Assembly (NCBI GenBank): GCA_032128875.1
Contig: JAVLKG010000007.1
Location: 288,001-352,000 of the forward strand
Origin: Candidatus Melainabacteria bacterium 17Bon1m
Lineage (GTDB): Bacteria; Cyanobacteriota; Vampirovibrionia; Obscuribacterales; Obscuribacteraceae
Direction: 5' to 3'
Length of the DNA stretch: 64,000 bases
Below, piece after piece: positions 38,936-48,591 of the stretch. The position numbers and the translations under genes were made by a program. The notes under the pieces are model-generated. The model was given only the letters and a program-made list of their open reading frames with translations. It was not told the DNA's origin and made no database searches. Each line of letters begins with the position of its first letter. The stretch's first letter is position 1.

Positions 38936-41900
38936 CTAGTGTGTTTTAGAGCCAAACGGCGCGTACCAGTTAGGAGTGGTATTCGAGCAGTAAGCTGGAG
39001 ATGAGGGCGGTGTGAAAGCATCAGATGCGAGTGCGTTCCCCCAAGCAAACGTGCATTCCATGTATTTACCAGTCGATAGCGAAAGATTGCTGTTGATCAG
39101 CAAATCGGCGGTTGAATGCGTTAAGTTACTCACGGTTCCAACGTTTTGATTCGCATATGCAGCAAAAGCAAAAGCCTGTGCATACAGTTCTGAAAATCCT
39201 GAGGAATTAGGATCCAGGCTAGAGAAGGCAAAGATGCCTCCGTCAGAAAGCCTGATTATTTCGCTGTTCGTTTTACCTGCATAAGCACCAACAGGATCGT
39301 TCAACACGCCACTTGAACAGAATTGTTGACCCGTAACCCGGTCGATCACTCCTATAAGAGGAGCATCTAGGCCAGAACACGGATCTCTGTAGGTTGAACT
39401 TAACTCATCGCTTCCCAAAGCTGAATAGTCAAGGCGCAAGAAGTCGTTGTAAGCGAAGCCGATGTAGGTATTGCTCGTTGACTGCAAGCCACTATTTTGG
39501 TGCTTATATGCATAATCAAGAGCATGCCCAATTTCGTGAACGGAAGTCTCTGTTTCCCTTACCTGATTACCGAAGAAAGGCGCTTCGAAAACCATACTGT
39601 AAGTCTTTCCTAAGATATCGCCTGTGTAACCAGAGGCCAGCAGACCAACGTTTGCTCCCAATGTGTTCAGTCCGAAGAAATTTACGGCATCATCGCGAGT
39701 AGCGAAAGTATAGATGTCCACATCATCCTCACTCAATTTAAATCGAGCTTGGGCAGGAACATGCTGCATTGCGTCATTCTGGATTTGTGAAGGTGTACCT
39801 CCAGTGCAGTCCCAGAAACTTTTCGGCCAGTCGCCAGTACTATTAGCGTACTGCTTGCAGGTGACTTCGCTTTCGATAACGGTATTCAAAATCTTTATAG
39901 ATCCCGAGTCCGAATTGACGAAAAGCTTCGGAGCTGATTTCCTAAGTGCAACGCAACAGTCACCATCTCCACCATCACTTTCAACCGCGATCAAGGTGTT
40001 CACGTTGAAAGGTGTTGGGTTCGAGAGTTCAACATGTCCGCCGGCACCGCCATTGACACCACCGAGTGCACTGATCGACACAATTGTGCTCATATCGAGC
40101 TCGTCAGTCGATCTGAGTTTGATGCTACCACCAGTCCCGCTGTCAGCAGCGTCCGCATTAAAGGAAGCCATTGAAAACGCAAGGCTAGTTTCCATATCTA
40201 ATTGGATTTCTCCACCATCGCCTGACGAATCTGACCTTGCATCGAAGAAGCTGGTCCCTTCAAGCGCGATGCTTTCAGCGGAAATCGCAACTGTACCACC
40301 GTTTCCAGTTCCAAAGGCACGTGCGTTAAACGAAACAGTAGAATCGTTGCTGCCTGCAATCGCGTCGGCTTCGATTGTCACTGTTCCAGCGTCAGCGTTG
40401 TTTCCATCGGCGTAGAAATTGACTGCACCGTAGTCGAACGACAGACTGGTTGCGCCTGAAGGACTGGTCCCGGGATAGTGGATAGTCTGTTTAGTATCCT
40501 CACCGTACGCGAGGAAATTTGCGTTACCATAAAAACTGATGGGGTTTGCGGCAAAATAGCTTCCAGTCTCTTTGCCGTACGTGTATACGTTCAATGTAGT
40601 ATTGTCTGGCGAGTAGAATTGTAAGCTTCCGTTATTCACGTCGAACTGGCGAATATGCGGAAGAATCCCTCCCAAATTCAGCACGGTTCCAGTATCAATG
40701 TTGAAGATGGCACCGTCCTTGATATCAGAACCAGAATCTCCATTAACATTGATTGTGGCGCCACCGGAATAGAAGAATTGGCGCGCCGCGATCAAAACAT
40801 AGTGGTTTGAACCGTCTAGTCCATAATTGCTGGCATCTATAACGGAATTGTTGGTCAGTTCGACTCTTTGCGCACGAAGCACAATCTGTCCTGCTTTGCT
40901 AGTGCTGGAGCCTGCTGCGGAAAGCGTGCCACCCTTAAGCTTGATGTTTCCGCTATCGGCGTTGAGCAGGATTGCTCCCGCATCGGAATTTAAAGATGCA
41001 ACGCTGATTGCAGCGCCATTCTCTATCGTGATTCCGCCCGAACCCTTATTCTCCACACCTACATACTGAAGAGGAGTCTGATCCCAAAGAGGGGTTCCTC
41101 CACCAGATGTCTGTGGGGCGGAGCCACCAGTATCAGTAGTGGCAAATAAAGCAAGCGCATGATTGCTTCCTGAAGAAGTACCTATGACGAACTCGCTGAT
41201 GTTGCCTGACAAATTGGTGTGAAGTCGAATTGCTCCTGCATAACTCGTACTCCCGGCATAGATGTTCTCAACGGAAATATCTCCGCCGGCGAAAATTTCC
41301 GCTTCGAGAACATTGATATTTCCCGTTACAGTAACCTTTGCGCTAGATGAATAGGGCATGCCAGTATCAGCCCAGGCAGAAAAAACTCCAAAGACGCTTG
41401 TGATTGAACCATTGACAGCAATAGAGCCGTTATCCTGGGTATCGATTGAAACCCCGTCGTGTCCGTCAATGTTTCCGTTGATTGTTACGTTTCCCTTCGA
41501 CGAAGAAAGAACATAGTTAGTCTGGCTAGTCAGATTTCCATTCACAGTAATTGAATCGGATGATTCCAGAGAAACGTGATAGCCTTCGCTATTTAAGCTG
41601 CCCGTGATGAGCTGCGCTGATGAAGCGAAAGAGTCTACGATTGTTGCGGGTGAGCAACTCATGCTCGCGCGTACGACGCAATCTGCATCACTCATAGGAG
41701 CACTCGATCCACCACCGGAAGTGGGAAGAGTGCCCTGAAGGTGGAAGTTGACACCAGCTGCGAGTCTAATAGCACCCGTTGTACTTACATCGCCTACGGT
41801 AACATTGCCGCTCGCGACGGCGACAAAATCGACCAGAGTAGTTCCAGAATACGAGAAGCTCGGAACGGAAAGATCGCCACTAAAATTGTAGTACAGCGGA

Positions 41901-42466
41901 TCTCCTGATGCGACCTGCTTTGTGATGATCAAATTGCCTTTGTTCACCCCGACAGCGATGTTTTCTGCTGAGAGTTCTACTTTGCCATTCAGGCTGTTGG
42001 CTCCAATTTTGAGAGCTTTATCAGCGGTGAAAATCACTCGTTCGGCAGTGAGGTCTCCGCCGACAAGTTCAATATCGCCGGTGGAAACAAAACCTACGGC
42101 ATCTGGGGCCTTGATAGTGCCCGCCTTAAGGTTGAGCGCAAAGGGGCCGGTGCCATTATTTTGGAACGTCAAATTGAGCACATTAGAAATGATGACACCA
42201 TCATTTTGAAGTCCAGAAGCTTCAATTTGAGCTTGACGGACATCGCCGATAATCTGCAAGGTACCGTGATTCTCAAAACGCCCTTGGACGCGAAGCGGTC
42301 CCTTGGATGCGTCATAAGTGGCTGTCGCTCCTTGAGGAATAACGAGATCACCTACAGTACTTTTAACTTTAATAGGTTGAGACGTTTCGGGATGAGCCGA
42401 AACTGGGGAAAGCGCAAACATCGACAAGCAGGTCAATGCTGTGAACATCGCGAGCCTTATTCGCAT
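38936..42466 (-). CDS. Large secreted beta-helix (haemagglutinin-like) protein with a C-terminal HExxH peptidase-like domain
   Basis: Signal peptide (VSA-H); G/S/N-rich repeats (GNGGTVAI, GDGGEIQL, GTGGSIKL, GAGGHVEL); VHEIGHALD...SELYAQAF; AGGAG RBS before 42466. Confidence 0.8.
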   Translation of the reverse strand: MRIRLAMFTALTCLSMFALSPVSAHPETSQPIKVKSTVGDLVIPQGATATYDASKGPLRVQGRFENHGTLQIIGDVRQAQIEASGLQNDGVIISNVLNLTFQNNGTGPFALNLKAGTIKAPDAVGFVSTGDIELVGGDLTAERVIFTADKALKIGANSLNGKVELSAENIAVGVNKGNLIITKQVASGDPLYYNFSGDLSVPSFSYSGTTLVDFVAVASGNVTVGDVSTTGAIRLAAGVNFHLQGTLPTSGGGSSAPMSDADCVVRASMSCSPATIVDSFASSAQLITGSLNSEGYHVSLESSDSITVNGNLTSQTNYVLSSSKGNVTINGNIDGHDGVSIDTQDNGSIAVNGSITSVFGVFSAWADTGMPYSSSAKVTVTGNINVLEAEIFAGGDISVENIYAGSTSYAGAIRLHTNLSGNISEFVIGTSSGSNHALALFATTDTGGSAPQTSGGGTPLWDQTPLQYVGVENKGSGGITIENGAAISVASLNSDAGAILLNADSGNIKLKGGTLSAAGSSTSKAGQIVLRAQRVELTNNSVIDASNYGLDGSNHYVLIAARQFFYSGGATINVNGDSGSDIKDGAIFNIDTGTVLNLGGILPHIRQFDVNNGSLQFYSPDNTTLNVYTYGKETGSYFAANPISFYGNANFLAYGEDTKQTIHYPGTSPSGATSLSFDYGAVNFYADGNNADAGTVTIEADAIAGSNDSTVSFNARAFGTGNGGTVAISAESIALEGTSFFDARSDSSGDGGEIQLDMETSLAFSMASFNADAADSGTGGSIKLRSTDELDMSTIVSISALGGVNGGAGGHVELSNPTPFNVNTLIAVESDGGDGDCCVALRKSAPKLFVNSDSGSIKILNTVIESEVTCKQYANSTGDWPKSFWDCTGGTPSQIQNDAMQHVPAQARFKLSEDDVDIYTFATRDDAVNFFGLNTLGANVGLLASGYTGDILGKTYSMVFEAPFFGNQVRETETSVHEIGHALDYAYKHQNSGLQSTSNTYIGFAYNDFLRLDYSALGSDELSSTYRDPCSGLDAPLIGVIDRVTGQQFCSSGVLNDPVGAYAGKTNSEIIRLSDGGIFAFSSLDPNSSGFSELYAQAFAFAAYANQNVGTVSNLTHSTADLLINSNLSLSTGKYMECTFAWGNALASDAFTPPSSPAYCSNTTPNWYAPFGSKTH

Positions 42467-43089
42467 GTTTTTCTCCTGTTTAAGTTGGTTTGGTTCCACC
42501 TCTTCTCTCAAATCCAGGCACAGCAACGTTTTGAACAGCGTTGCTGTTCATGTCTTGCTGGTTTCTATCCTTCTATTTGCGCTGGGCGCTGGGAATTTCT
42601 CTGGATGATTACTGGAAAAGTGGACAGCTCAACCTATGTTTCCGGCACGCTCAAATTCGCCTCAGAAGCCGTAATCGTTACAGAGTCAACGTTTCTTAAC
42701 TGCGTAAAGTTTGTAAATGCGCGGTCTTGTATAAGTGTCAAGCCGGAAATATTTAGGCATAGAGCCAATCTAAATGAAATCGAAAGGCTAGCGCCAAGGT
42801 TAAAGAGCTGGTATTCTTTTGGTAACTAAAAGCTAAAAAAGCATCATTCGCGCTAGTTTTCCGAATCGCGCTTTGTCGTGATTTCAAGATGTTTGGCGCA
42901 ATTTTTATTGGTCTTGATTTTCGGAACAAAGTGGCCACAAGGTTTTAGGCTGAATGTCCGATTATGCCTGTAATGATTCATTCACCAAATATGACTTGAT
43001 TATTACTATCTCCTGTTTTGCGTGATCGGCTGCGGCAGTCCCTGAAATACGTTTTTCCCTAATTTTTTTGTTCTGCTTGACGCATTTAA

Positions 43090-44310
43090 TTAGGCGGGTA
43101 TCTGCAGTTTTTCCTTGAGAAACACTTGATGCAGCGAGTCTGCTGCAAGGTGCAGCTGGTCGTGTTTTACCCAAAAAGAAACTCGCGATTGCCCTTCAAC
43201 GTTCCAAAAGCGCGGGACTATTTTGTGGTGAATGAGGCTGGAGAATACTTTGTTTACTGTGTCTCCGGCGTTGTAAAAATCCCCAACCAATGAGAGTTTC
43301 GCGAGTGGTTTTGCGTGCTCCATTGGTAGGTGCAACTCGATTGCTAATTCATTTACCAGTCCAATCACGTCATGCACGTGTCGATTGCTGACTGCTAAGT
43401 AGGCTTTGTGAGCGGTCTTTCTGCCCACTCTGCAAATCACTTCGAGCGGCATGCCGAGTTCTACCGCGCGATTTTTGAACTCTTGAATTATGGCAAGCTC
43501 AGCGAGGTTGTCTGCTCTGTGCACCGCGAAGATTTCTTGTTGAGAATCGCACGCGACGCCGAGGAAGTCGCCGGTCGAACTTCCGTCTATAAGCGTGCCT
43601 TGGTCCGCCGGATTGTACGCAGATCTAACTCTCAGTTCGACGTTGTACTCGCGGGCGATGTCCATGGCGGACGGCGCCATAACGAGTGCGCCGGCTTTGG
43701 CGAAGTTGAGCATCTCAGTGTAATTCACTTGTTCGTACTTCACCGATCTGTCGCACATTCGGGGATCGCATGAATAGATACCGTCGACGTCGGTGAAGAT
43801 ATCGCAGCGCTCTGCTTTCAGGTGTGCTGCTATGGCGACCGCGGTGGTGTCGGAGCCTCCGCGTCCCAGTGTTGTGATTGCGCAGCTTTCGGACACGCCT
43901 TGATACCCGCACACTACCGCCACGCGCTTTTGCTTCAGGCATTTCATCAGAGCGTATGTGTCCACGCATTTGATTTCGGCTGAGCCGTATTGATTGTCTG
44001 TCAGAATTCCTGCCTGCCATCCGGTGAACGCAGTGGCTGGCACATCTATGGAATTCAGAGCCATAGCCAAAAGGCTGGTGGAAACTTGCTCGCCCGTCGA
44101 GAGCAGCAAATCCATTTCGCGCTTTGATTTTTTTGCGTCGAACGAACTGCTCAAGAGCAGCAGGTCGTCGGTTGAGTTACCCATTGCAGATGCCACGACC
44201 ACTACAGAGAAGCCCTCATCGACGCTTTTCTGCACTATCGCTGCGGCGTCTCGAATTCGCTGAATACTACCCAGCGACGAGCCGCCGAATTTCTGCACGA
44301 TGATTTTCAT
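43090..44310 (-). CDS. lysC: Aspartate kinase
   Basis: IVQKFGGSS, VVVASAMG, LLSTGE, TTLGRGGSDTTAVA, IFTDVDGIY.DPR; divergent ACT-like C-terminus. Confidence 0.93.
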   Translation of the reverse strand: MKIIVQKFGGSSLGSIQRIRDAAAIVQKSVDEGFSVVVVASAMGNSTDDLLLLSSSFDAKKSKREMDLLLSTGEQVSTSLLAMALNSIDVPATAFTGWQAGILTDNQYGSAEIKCVDTYALMKCLKQKRVAVVCGYQGVSESCAITTLGRGGSDTTAVAIAAHLKAERCDIFTDVDGIYSCDPRMCDRSVKYEQVNYTEMLNFAKAGALVMAPSAMDIAREYNVELRVRSAYNPADQGTLIDGSSTGDFLGVACDSQQEIFAVHRADNLAELAIIQEFKNRAVELGMPLEVICRVGRKTAHKAYLAVSNRHVHDVIGLVNELAIELHLPMEHAKPLAKLSLVGDFYNAGDTVNKVFSSLIHHKIVPRFWNVEGQSRVSFWVKHDQLHLAADSLHQVFLKEKLQIPA

Positions 44311-44495
44311 TTTGATACCTCGGGATTCGATACTAATAACTTCGCGTGAAAGCCCGGGCGAGCGCCGTCCGGGCCTTCGCGATGGTTCAGGTCTGTGATG
44401 GAAACTTGCTAGCGGCTAACTGGTGCCGCGCTTTGCGCTGCGGTCTTATGCCGTGGCTTATGCCGCAGTTCTATGCCGCGTCTTGCCCTGCAGTC

Positions 44496-44657
44496 CTATG
44501 GACCTGCAATCGGGTCGAACATCGGTTTATTGCCGTAAGCCGTTTTGATGGTTTTGACTCTTCCACGCACGGTCGTTGCCCGGCTGGATCGCGAATGTGC
44601 GTTCAGTTTCAAAGTCACATTCTTTCTACTGTTGGGTTCCCTTTTCTTTGTTTTCAT
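44496..44657 (-). CDS. Putative 53-aa Lys/Thr-rich leader peptide
   Basis: Below the ORF-track cutoff; GAGGAGG RBS; MKTKKREPNSRKNVTLKLNAHSRSSRATTVRGRVKTIKTAYGNKPMFDPIAGP. Confidence 0.5.
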   Translation of the reverse strand: MKTKKREPNSRKNVTLKLNAHSRSSRATTVRGRVKTIKTAYGNKPMFDPIAGP

Positions 44658-44730
44658 GGCTGCGATTCCTCCTCTGGAAATTGTTCAACCTGTGCTTAAT
44701 TAGACTCCCGGGGGCGTCCAGAAGAGGCAT

Positions 44731-44763
44731 AGATTTCGCCCGCCGACATAAAGTTAGTGTCAA
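44731..44763 (-). promoter_or_regulatory. Putative promoter TTGACA-N16-GGGCGAAATC
   Basis: Matches the recurring motif; upstream of the uORF and lysC. Confidence 0.35.
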
Positions 44764-44870
44764 TTCATAATTCATTAATTGCCGGCTAGTTTTGAACCTT
44801 AAACGCGGTCGAATAACGCCCTAAGAGGCTGTCATTTGATCTAGACTTCTTAACTCTGGAGGAAACGCCC

Positions 44871-45269
44871 GTGACGGACGATTTTGAACAGGCGCTGGCG
44901 TTTGAAACGTTGGCTGCATCGCTAAAGATGGACCAGAAGGCAGCAGCCGATATGGTTGAACAGCTGGCGCGGATGCTCAGTAGCTGCTTGCCGGACAGCG
45001 TGGAAATCAAGCGCGGCGGCAATATCTTCTCCAAGGAGAAGCCAGTCGAGCAAATGACTATTAAGTTCGACGATTCCAATTACCAGATTGTCAAAGTTAG
45101 CAATGGTCGCTATACCGCTAAGCACCTCAAAATGGTGCGTGGTGTGGCGTTAAAAACGACTGAAATGCCATTTGATAAGTGTTTTAACGAGATTGTAGAA
45201 AATCTCGCCAAGATGGCTGAAAACAATGCGGCAGCTCGGATGGCACTCAACAAGTTTGTACTTGGCTAG
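44871..45269 (+). CDS. Hypothetical protein, first gene of the YbjQ-like cluster
   Basis: GGAGG RBS; VRGVALKT motif; co-oriented with two YbjQ-like genes. Confidence 0.75.
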   Translation: MTDDFEQALAFETLAASLKMDQKAAADMVEQLARMLSSCLPDSVEIKRGGNIFSKEKPVEQMTIKFDDSNYQIVKVSNGRYTAKHLKMVRGVALKTTEMPFDKCFNEIVENLAKMAENNAAARMALNKFVLG

Positions 45270-45287
45270 ATGGCGAACTGACACCAT

Positions 45288-46298
45288 ATGTGGTTTAAAT
45301 TCAAAGCAGAATCACCTGAGGAAGTTGAGCGTAAACGTAGTGTAGAAACTGCAATTACAGCACTCCAGAACGGCGAGGTGATGCCGCGCGCCCGCCATCG
45401 AATTGAGCATCATATGGCGAGTGGTGCAAAACTTTTCTCGACAGACATGACTGTCAAAGAACATATTCTTATTGAAGAATGCGGGATTCAGCCGCTTGGA
45501 CAGGTCATGGGTTCTTGCTTCTACCGTATCGGACTTTGGAACACCAATGTTTCTAATCGCTACACTGGCGAAATTTATGCCATTGCCGATGCGCATCGCG
45601 ATGCTCGTCAGAAAGCGGTAGATCGCATGAAGAAGGAGGCGGCGTTGTATGGTGCTGACGGAATCGTCAGTGTTCGCATCAAATCTAGCCGCGCTGATTA
45701 CAGCTCAGATTTAGTTGAATTTACAGCGATAGGAACAGCTGTGAAAGTTCATAATTGGGAAAAGGAAGATCTCGATGATGAGCCATTTACCAGTGAGTTG
45801 AGCGGACAGGAATTTTGGCAGTTGATTCATGCCGGATACAGACCAGTCAATATCGTTTTCGGTATCTGCGCATACTACATAAACACCGATTATTCGACGC
45901 GCAGCCTGACATCGCGCAGCGTGTGGTTTAACCAGGGCAACCAGGAAGTTAGGCAATGGACTCAAGGTTTTTATGAGGCTCGTGAACGTGCCATGAGCGG
46001 CATGCAGAAAGATATTGAAGATCACGGCGCAGATGGCTGTGTGGGCATGTACGTTGATTGTGAGATTGAAGATATTGAGTACGAAGTTAACGACACGAGA
46101 TATTTGGATTTGTTGATTACGATCACGGCATTGGGATCTTCTGTCAAAAAGATGAAGAGACCTCACAAAGCAATAGAGCGAAAACCGCTTACGATGCTGA
46201 ATTTGTCCAACAAGAGTTTTGTGACTATTGGAGGATCTCGGACTGACGAGTTGCGTGGCTCGATTGACGACGAAGATTTTATGAACGATTACGACTGA
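45288..46298 (+). CDS. Tandem YbjQ-like (putative heavy-metal-binding) domain protein
   Basis: AR.KAVDRMKKEAALYGADGIVSVR...EFTAIGTAV, repeated twice. Confidence 0.85.
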   Translation: MWFKFKAESPEEVERKRSVETAITALQNGEVMPRARHRIEHHMASGAKLFSTDMTVKEHILIEECGIQPLGQVMGSCFYRIGLWNTNVSNRYTGEIYAIADAHRDARQKAVDRMKKEAALYGADGIVSVRIKSSRADYSSDLVEFTAIGTAVKVHNWEKEDLDDEPFTSELSGQEFWQLIHAGYRPVNIVFGICAYYINTDYSTRSLTSRSVWFNQGNQEVRQWTQGFYEARERAMSGMQKDIEDHGADGCVGMYVDCEIEDIEYEVNDTRYLDLLITITALGSSVKKMKRPHKAIERKPLTMLNLSNKSFVTIGGSRTDELRGSIDDEDFMNDYD

Positions 46299-46367
46299 TT
46301 TGAAACGCGCATTAGAAACAAAGGTTTGGCATTCCACGGTTAAGTAAGAACTCAAAGGAACAGGAAA

Positions 46368-47189
46368 ATGACCAGCTCATCCGGATCGGGAGATCTTCCA
46401 CAACACGCTAAAGAACGCCTTCATCAAATGATGGGTGAGGGTGGGCACCGCAAATTGTTTACTAGCGATTTGACGGTCAACGAATTCTTGCTGGTCAAAG
46501 AGTGTGGCTTCGAACCGCTAGGCATGGTCGTTGGTACATCCATCTATCACATCGGCTTTCAGCAAGCGAAGTGGACGCAGAATATGGAGATGGAAGTTCT
46601 CACGCAAGCGATGTATCACGCCCGCGAGTTAGCGATGACACGTATGGAAGAAGAGGCGCATGAATTGGGTGCTGACGGTGTTGTGGCAGTTCGCTTGACC
46701 GTAAAGCACATGTCGTGGAACTCTGATATTGCTGAATTCGTTGCAATCGGAACAGCAGTGCGACACGTCGATAATGACGGCAAATACAAAGCTTTGAATG
46801 GTCGCCCTTTCACAAGTGACTTGTCCGGTCAGGACTTCTGGACCTTGCTGCATGCCGGATATCGCCCAGTCGGAATGGTTATGGGCAATTGCGTGTATCA
46901 CATCGCGCACCAGACTTTTGGTCAATGGTTCAAATCAGTTGGGCAGAATGTGGAGATGACCAACTTCACACAGGGCCTCTATGATGCGCGCGAACTGGCG
47001 ATGGAGCGCATGCAGTCTGAGGCGGAAGGTCTGCAAGCAGAGGGAATCGTCGGTGTGGACATTCACGAAGGCAACTACGGATGGAGTACTCACGTAATCG
47101 AGTTCTTCGTCGTAGGCACAGCGATTGTTCCTATCCGCGCCGATCACCACATTCCGACGCCGCAGTTAGTGTTGTCTTTGAACGACTAG
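46368..47189 (+). CDS. Tandem YbjQ-like domain protein (paralog)
   Basis: FTSDL, ARELAMTRMEEEAHELGADGVVAVR, ARELAMERMQSEAEGLQAEGIVGV. Confidence 0.88.
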   Translation: MTSSSGSGDLPQHAKERLHQMMGEGGHRKLFTSDLTVNEFLLVKECGFEPLGMVVGTSIYHIGFQQAKWTQNMEMEVLTQAMYHARELAMTRMEEEAHELGADGVVAVRLTVKHMSWNSDIAEFVAIGTAVRHVDNDGKYKALNGRPFTSDLSGQDFWTLLHAGYRPVGMVMGNCVYHIAHQTFGQWFKSVGQNVEMTNFTQGLYDARELAMERMQSEAEGLQAEGIVGVDIHEGNYGWSTHVIEFFVVGTAIVPIRADHHIPTPQLVLSLND

Positions 47190-47217
47190 CAGCTTGTAAG
47201 TGTTGAAGGAAATGACC

Positions 47218-47284
47218 GGAGCGCCGCATCTTGGCGGCTTTGAAAATTTTCTTCCCTCCGAAGCCGGCGAGCCGCCGGCGCTCC
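47218..47284. repeat. GGAGCGCC-type REP-like inverted repeat
   Basis: GGAGCGCCG...CGGCGCTCC with inner hairpins, between convergent genes. Confidence 0.55.
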
Positions 47285-47290
47285 AAGGTT

Positions 47291-48484
47291 TTAGCCTTGT
47301 GAGCTGCGGATCGCGAACTGAATAATTGCCTGACTCAAGTCGAGTGCGCCAGTGCGAATACTTTGTCTGAGAGACACCGCGAACTGCACGAGGTCGCGCT
47401 GATCCGGGTAATAGCGCATGAGTGATAGTTCCAGCGGTTTTGAACTCTCTACGGCAAACTCGATCGCCTCTTTGAAGTTTTCACTGGATAAGTGTTTGAA
47501 GTCGTCGTAATCCGCCAAGATCTTCCTGACGAACTGCGGCTCATGAGCCAGTTTTGTGCAAAGCTCTTTGAGTTGGACCAAGCGGAAGAAACCGGCGACT
47601 TTGAAAAATTGATAGAGGCTCATGTTTTTCTCTAGCACAGTGGGCACCAGTCCTGCCGCTTCTAGCAATTCTTCAGTTCTTGCCGGCGTCGCTGAAATCG
47701 CTTTGAGCAATTCAATTGCCGCTTCCGGTTTCATCATGCCATGCCGAACATCGCGTTGCATGCGCAGAGATAGCGACAAGTGCTCCGGTCGCACGGGACC
47801 TTTTTCTGCAAGAACAACCCCGAGCAAGCGCTTGCGCTGCCGCGCTTCAGTGAGCGCCTCTTCCAATTCGCCTTCGCTGATTAATCCTGATTTGGTCAGC
47901 AATTCTCCAAGCAGCATTCCCTGGTTTTCCTTGGCGGCGATTTTGTCGGCAACAGAACTGAGGTGTTCTAGTGCCTTTTCGAGACTCACTTCGCCGTTTC
48001 TTATGTGCTCTTGTGTTTTCAGAAATTCGCTGAGCAACTGTTCTGAAATCAAATCGAGGGTAGTTAAAACGCGCCCGAGCGGCAAGCCCGACGCGTGTGC
48101 GGCGCTCAACAAACCGCGCAGTTCATCCTCGCCGATGATGTTTGTTTTCGTCAGCAACTCGCCTAGGCGGAAACCCTTGCTGGCATAAGCGTCGATTTCC
48201 ATGAGAATGAGTGCGTCGGGCAAATTCCAGCGGTTGCGGCGGCAGGTTCTCAATGCCTCTAGCGCGTCGTCTTTGGAGATAAAGCCGTCTTTCAGCATCC
48301 ACTGAGCATGTACCGCCGCCAAAACAAGCGAGTCGGACATTTTTTCCTGGATTACCAATGCCTTGCCCAGCGGAATCCGGCAATTGTCGGAAACGGCTTT
48401 CCCTTTTGTGACGTCGGTTTCTGTGACGATTCCCGCCTGCGTCAGCAGTGTACCTAATCGAATATCTTCATGCCCTTGTGGCAT
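47291..48484 (-). CDS. Protein with three MshEN-like (RLGxLL) modules
   Basis: RLGTLLTQAGIV/PLGKAL; RLGELLTKTNII/PLGRVL; LLGELLTKSGLISEGELEEAL/LLGVVL. Confidence 0.8.
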   Translation of the reverse strand: MPQGHEDIRLGTLLTQAGIVTETDVTKGKAVSDNCRIPLGKALVIQEKMSDSLVLAAVHAQWMLKDGFISKDDALEALRTCRRNRWNLPDALILMEIDAYASKGFRLGELLTKTNIIGEDELRGLLSAAHASGLPLGRVLTTLDLISEQLLSEFLKTQEHIRNGEVSLEKALEHLSSVADKIAAKENQGMLLGELLTKSGLISEGELEEALTEARQRKRLLGVVLAEKGPVRPEHLSLSLRMQRDVRHGMMKPEAAIELLKAISATPARTEELLEAAGLVPTVLEKNMSLYQFFKVAGFFRLVQLKELCTKLAHEPQFVRKILADYDDFKHLSSENFKEAIEFAVESSKPLELSLMRYYPDQRDLVQFAVSLRQSIRTGALDLSQAIIQFAIRSSQG

Positions 48485-48591
48485 AGGTCACCGTTTTGCC
48501 CAGTGAATGTCTAGCAAACTCAATCCCTGATTGAAGATTAGCTGCCTCGGAATCCTGCGGTTTTTTTGTACCGCGGTAGCCAGTAAGTGCT

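Noticed and set aside
44311-44730. Canonical lysine riboswitch
   Set aside because: I could not recognise the conserved L-box core on the minus strand by eye; an Rfam scan would settle it.
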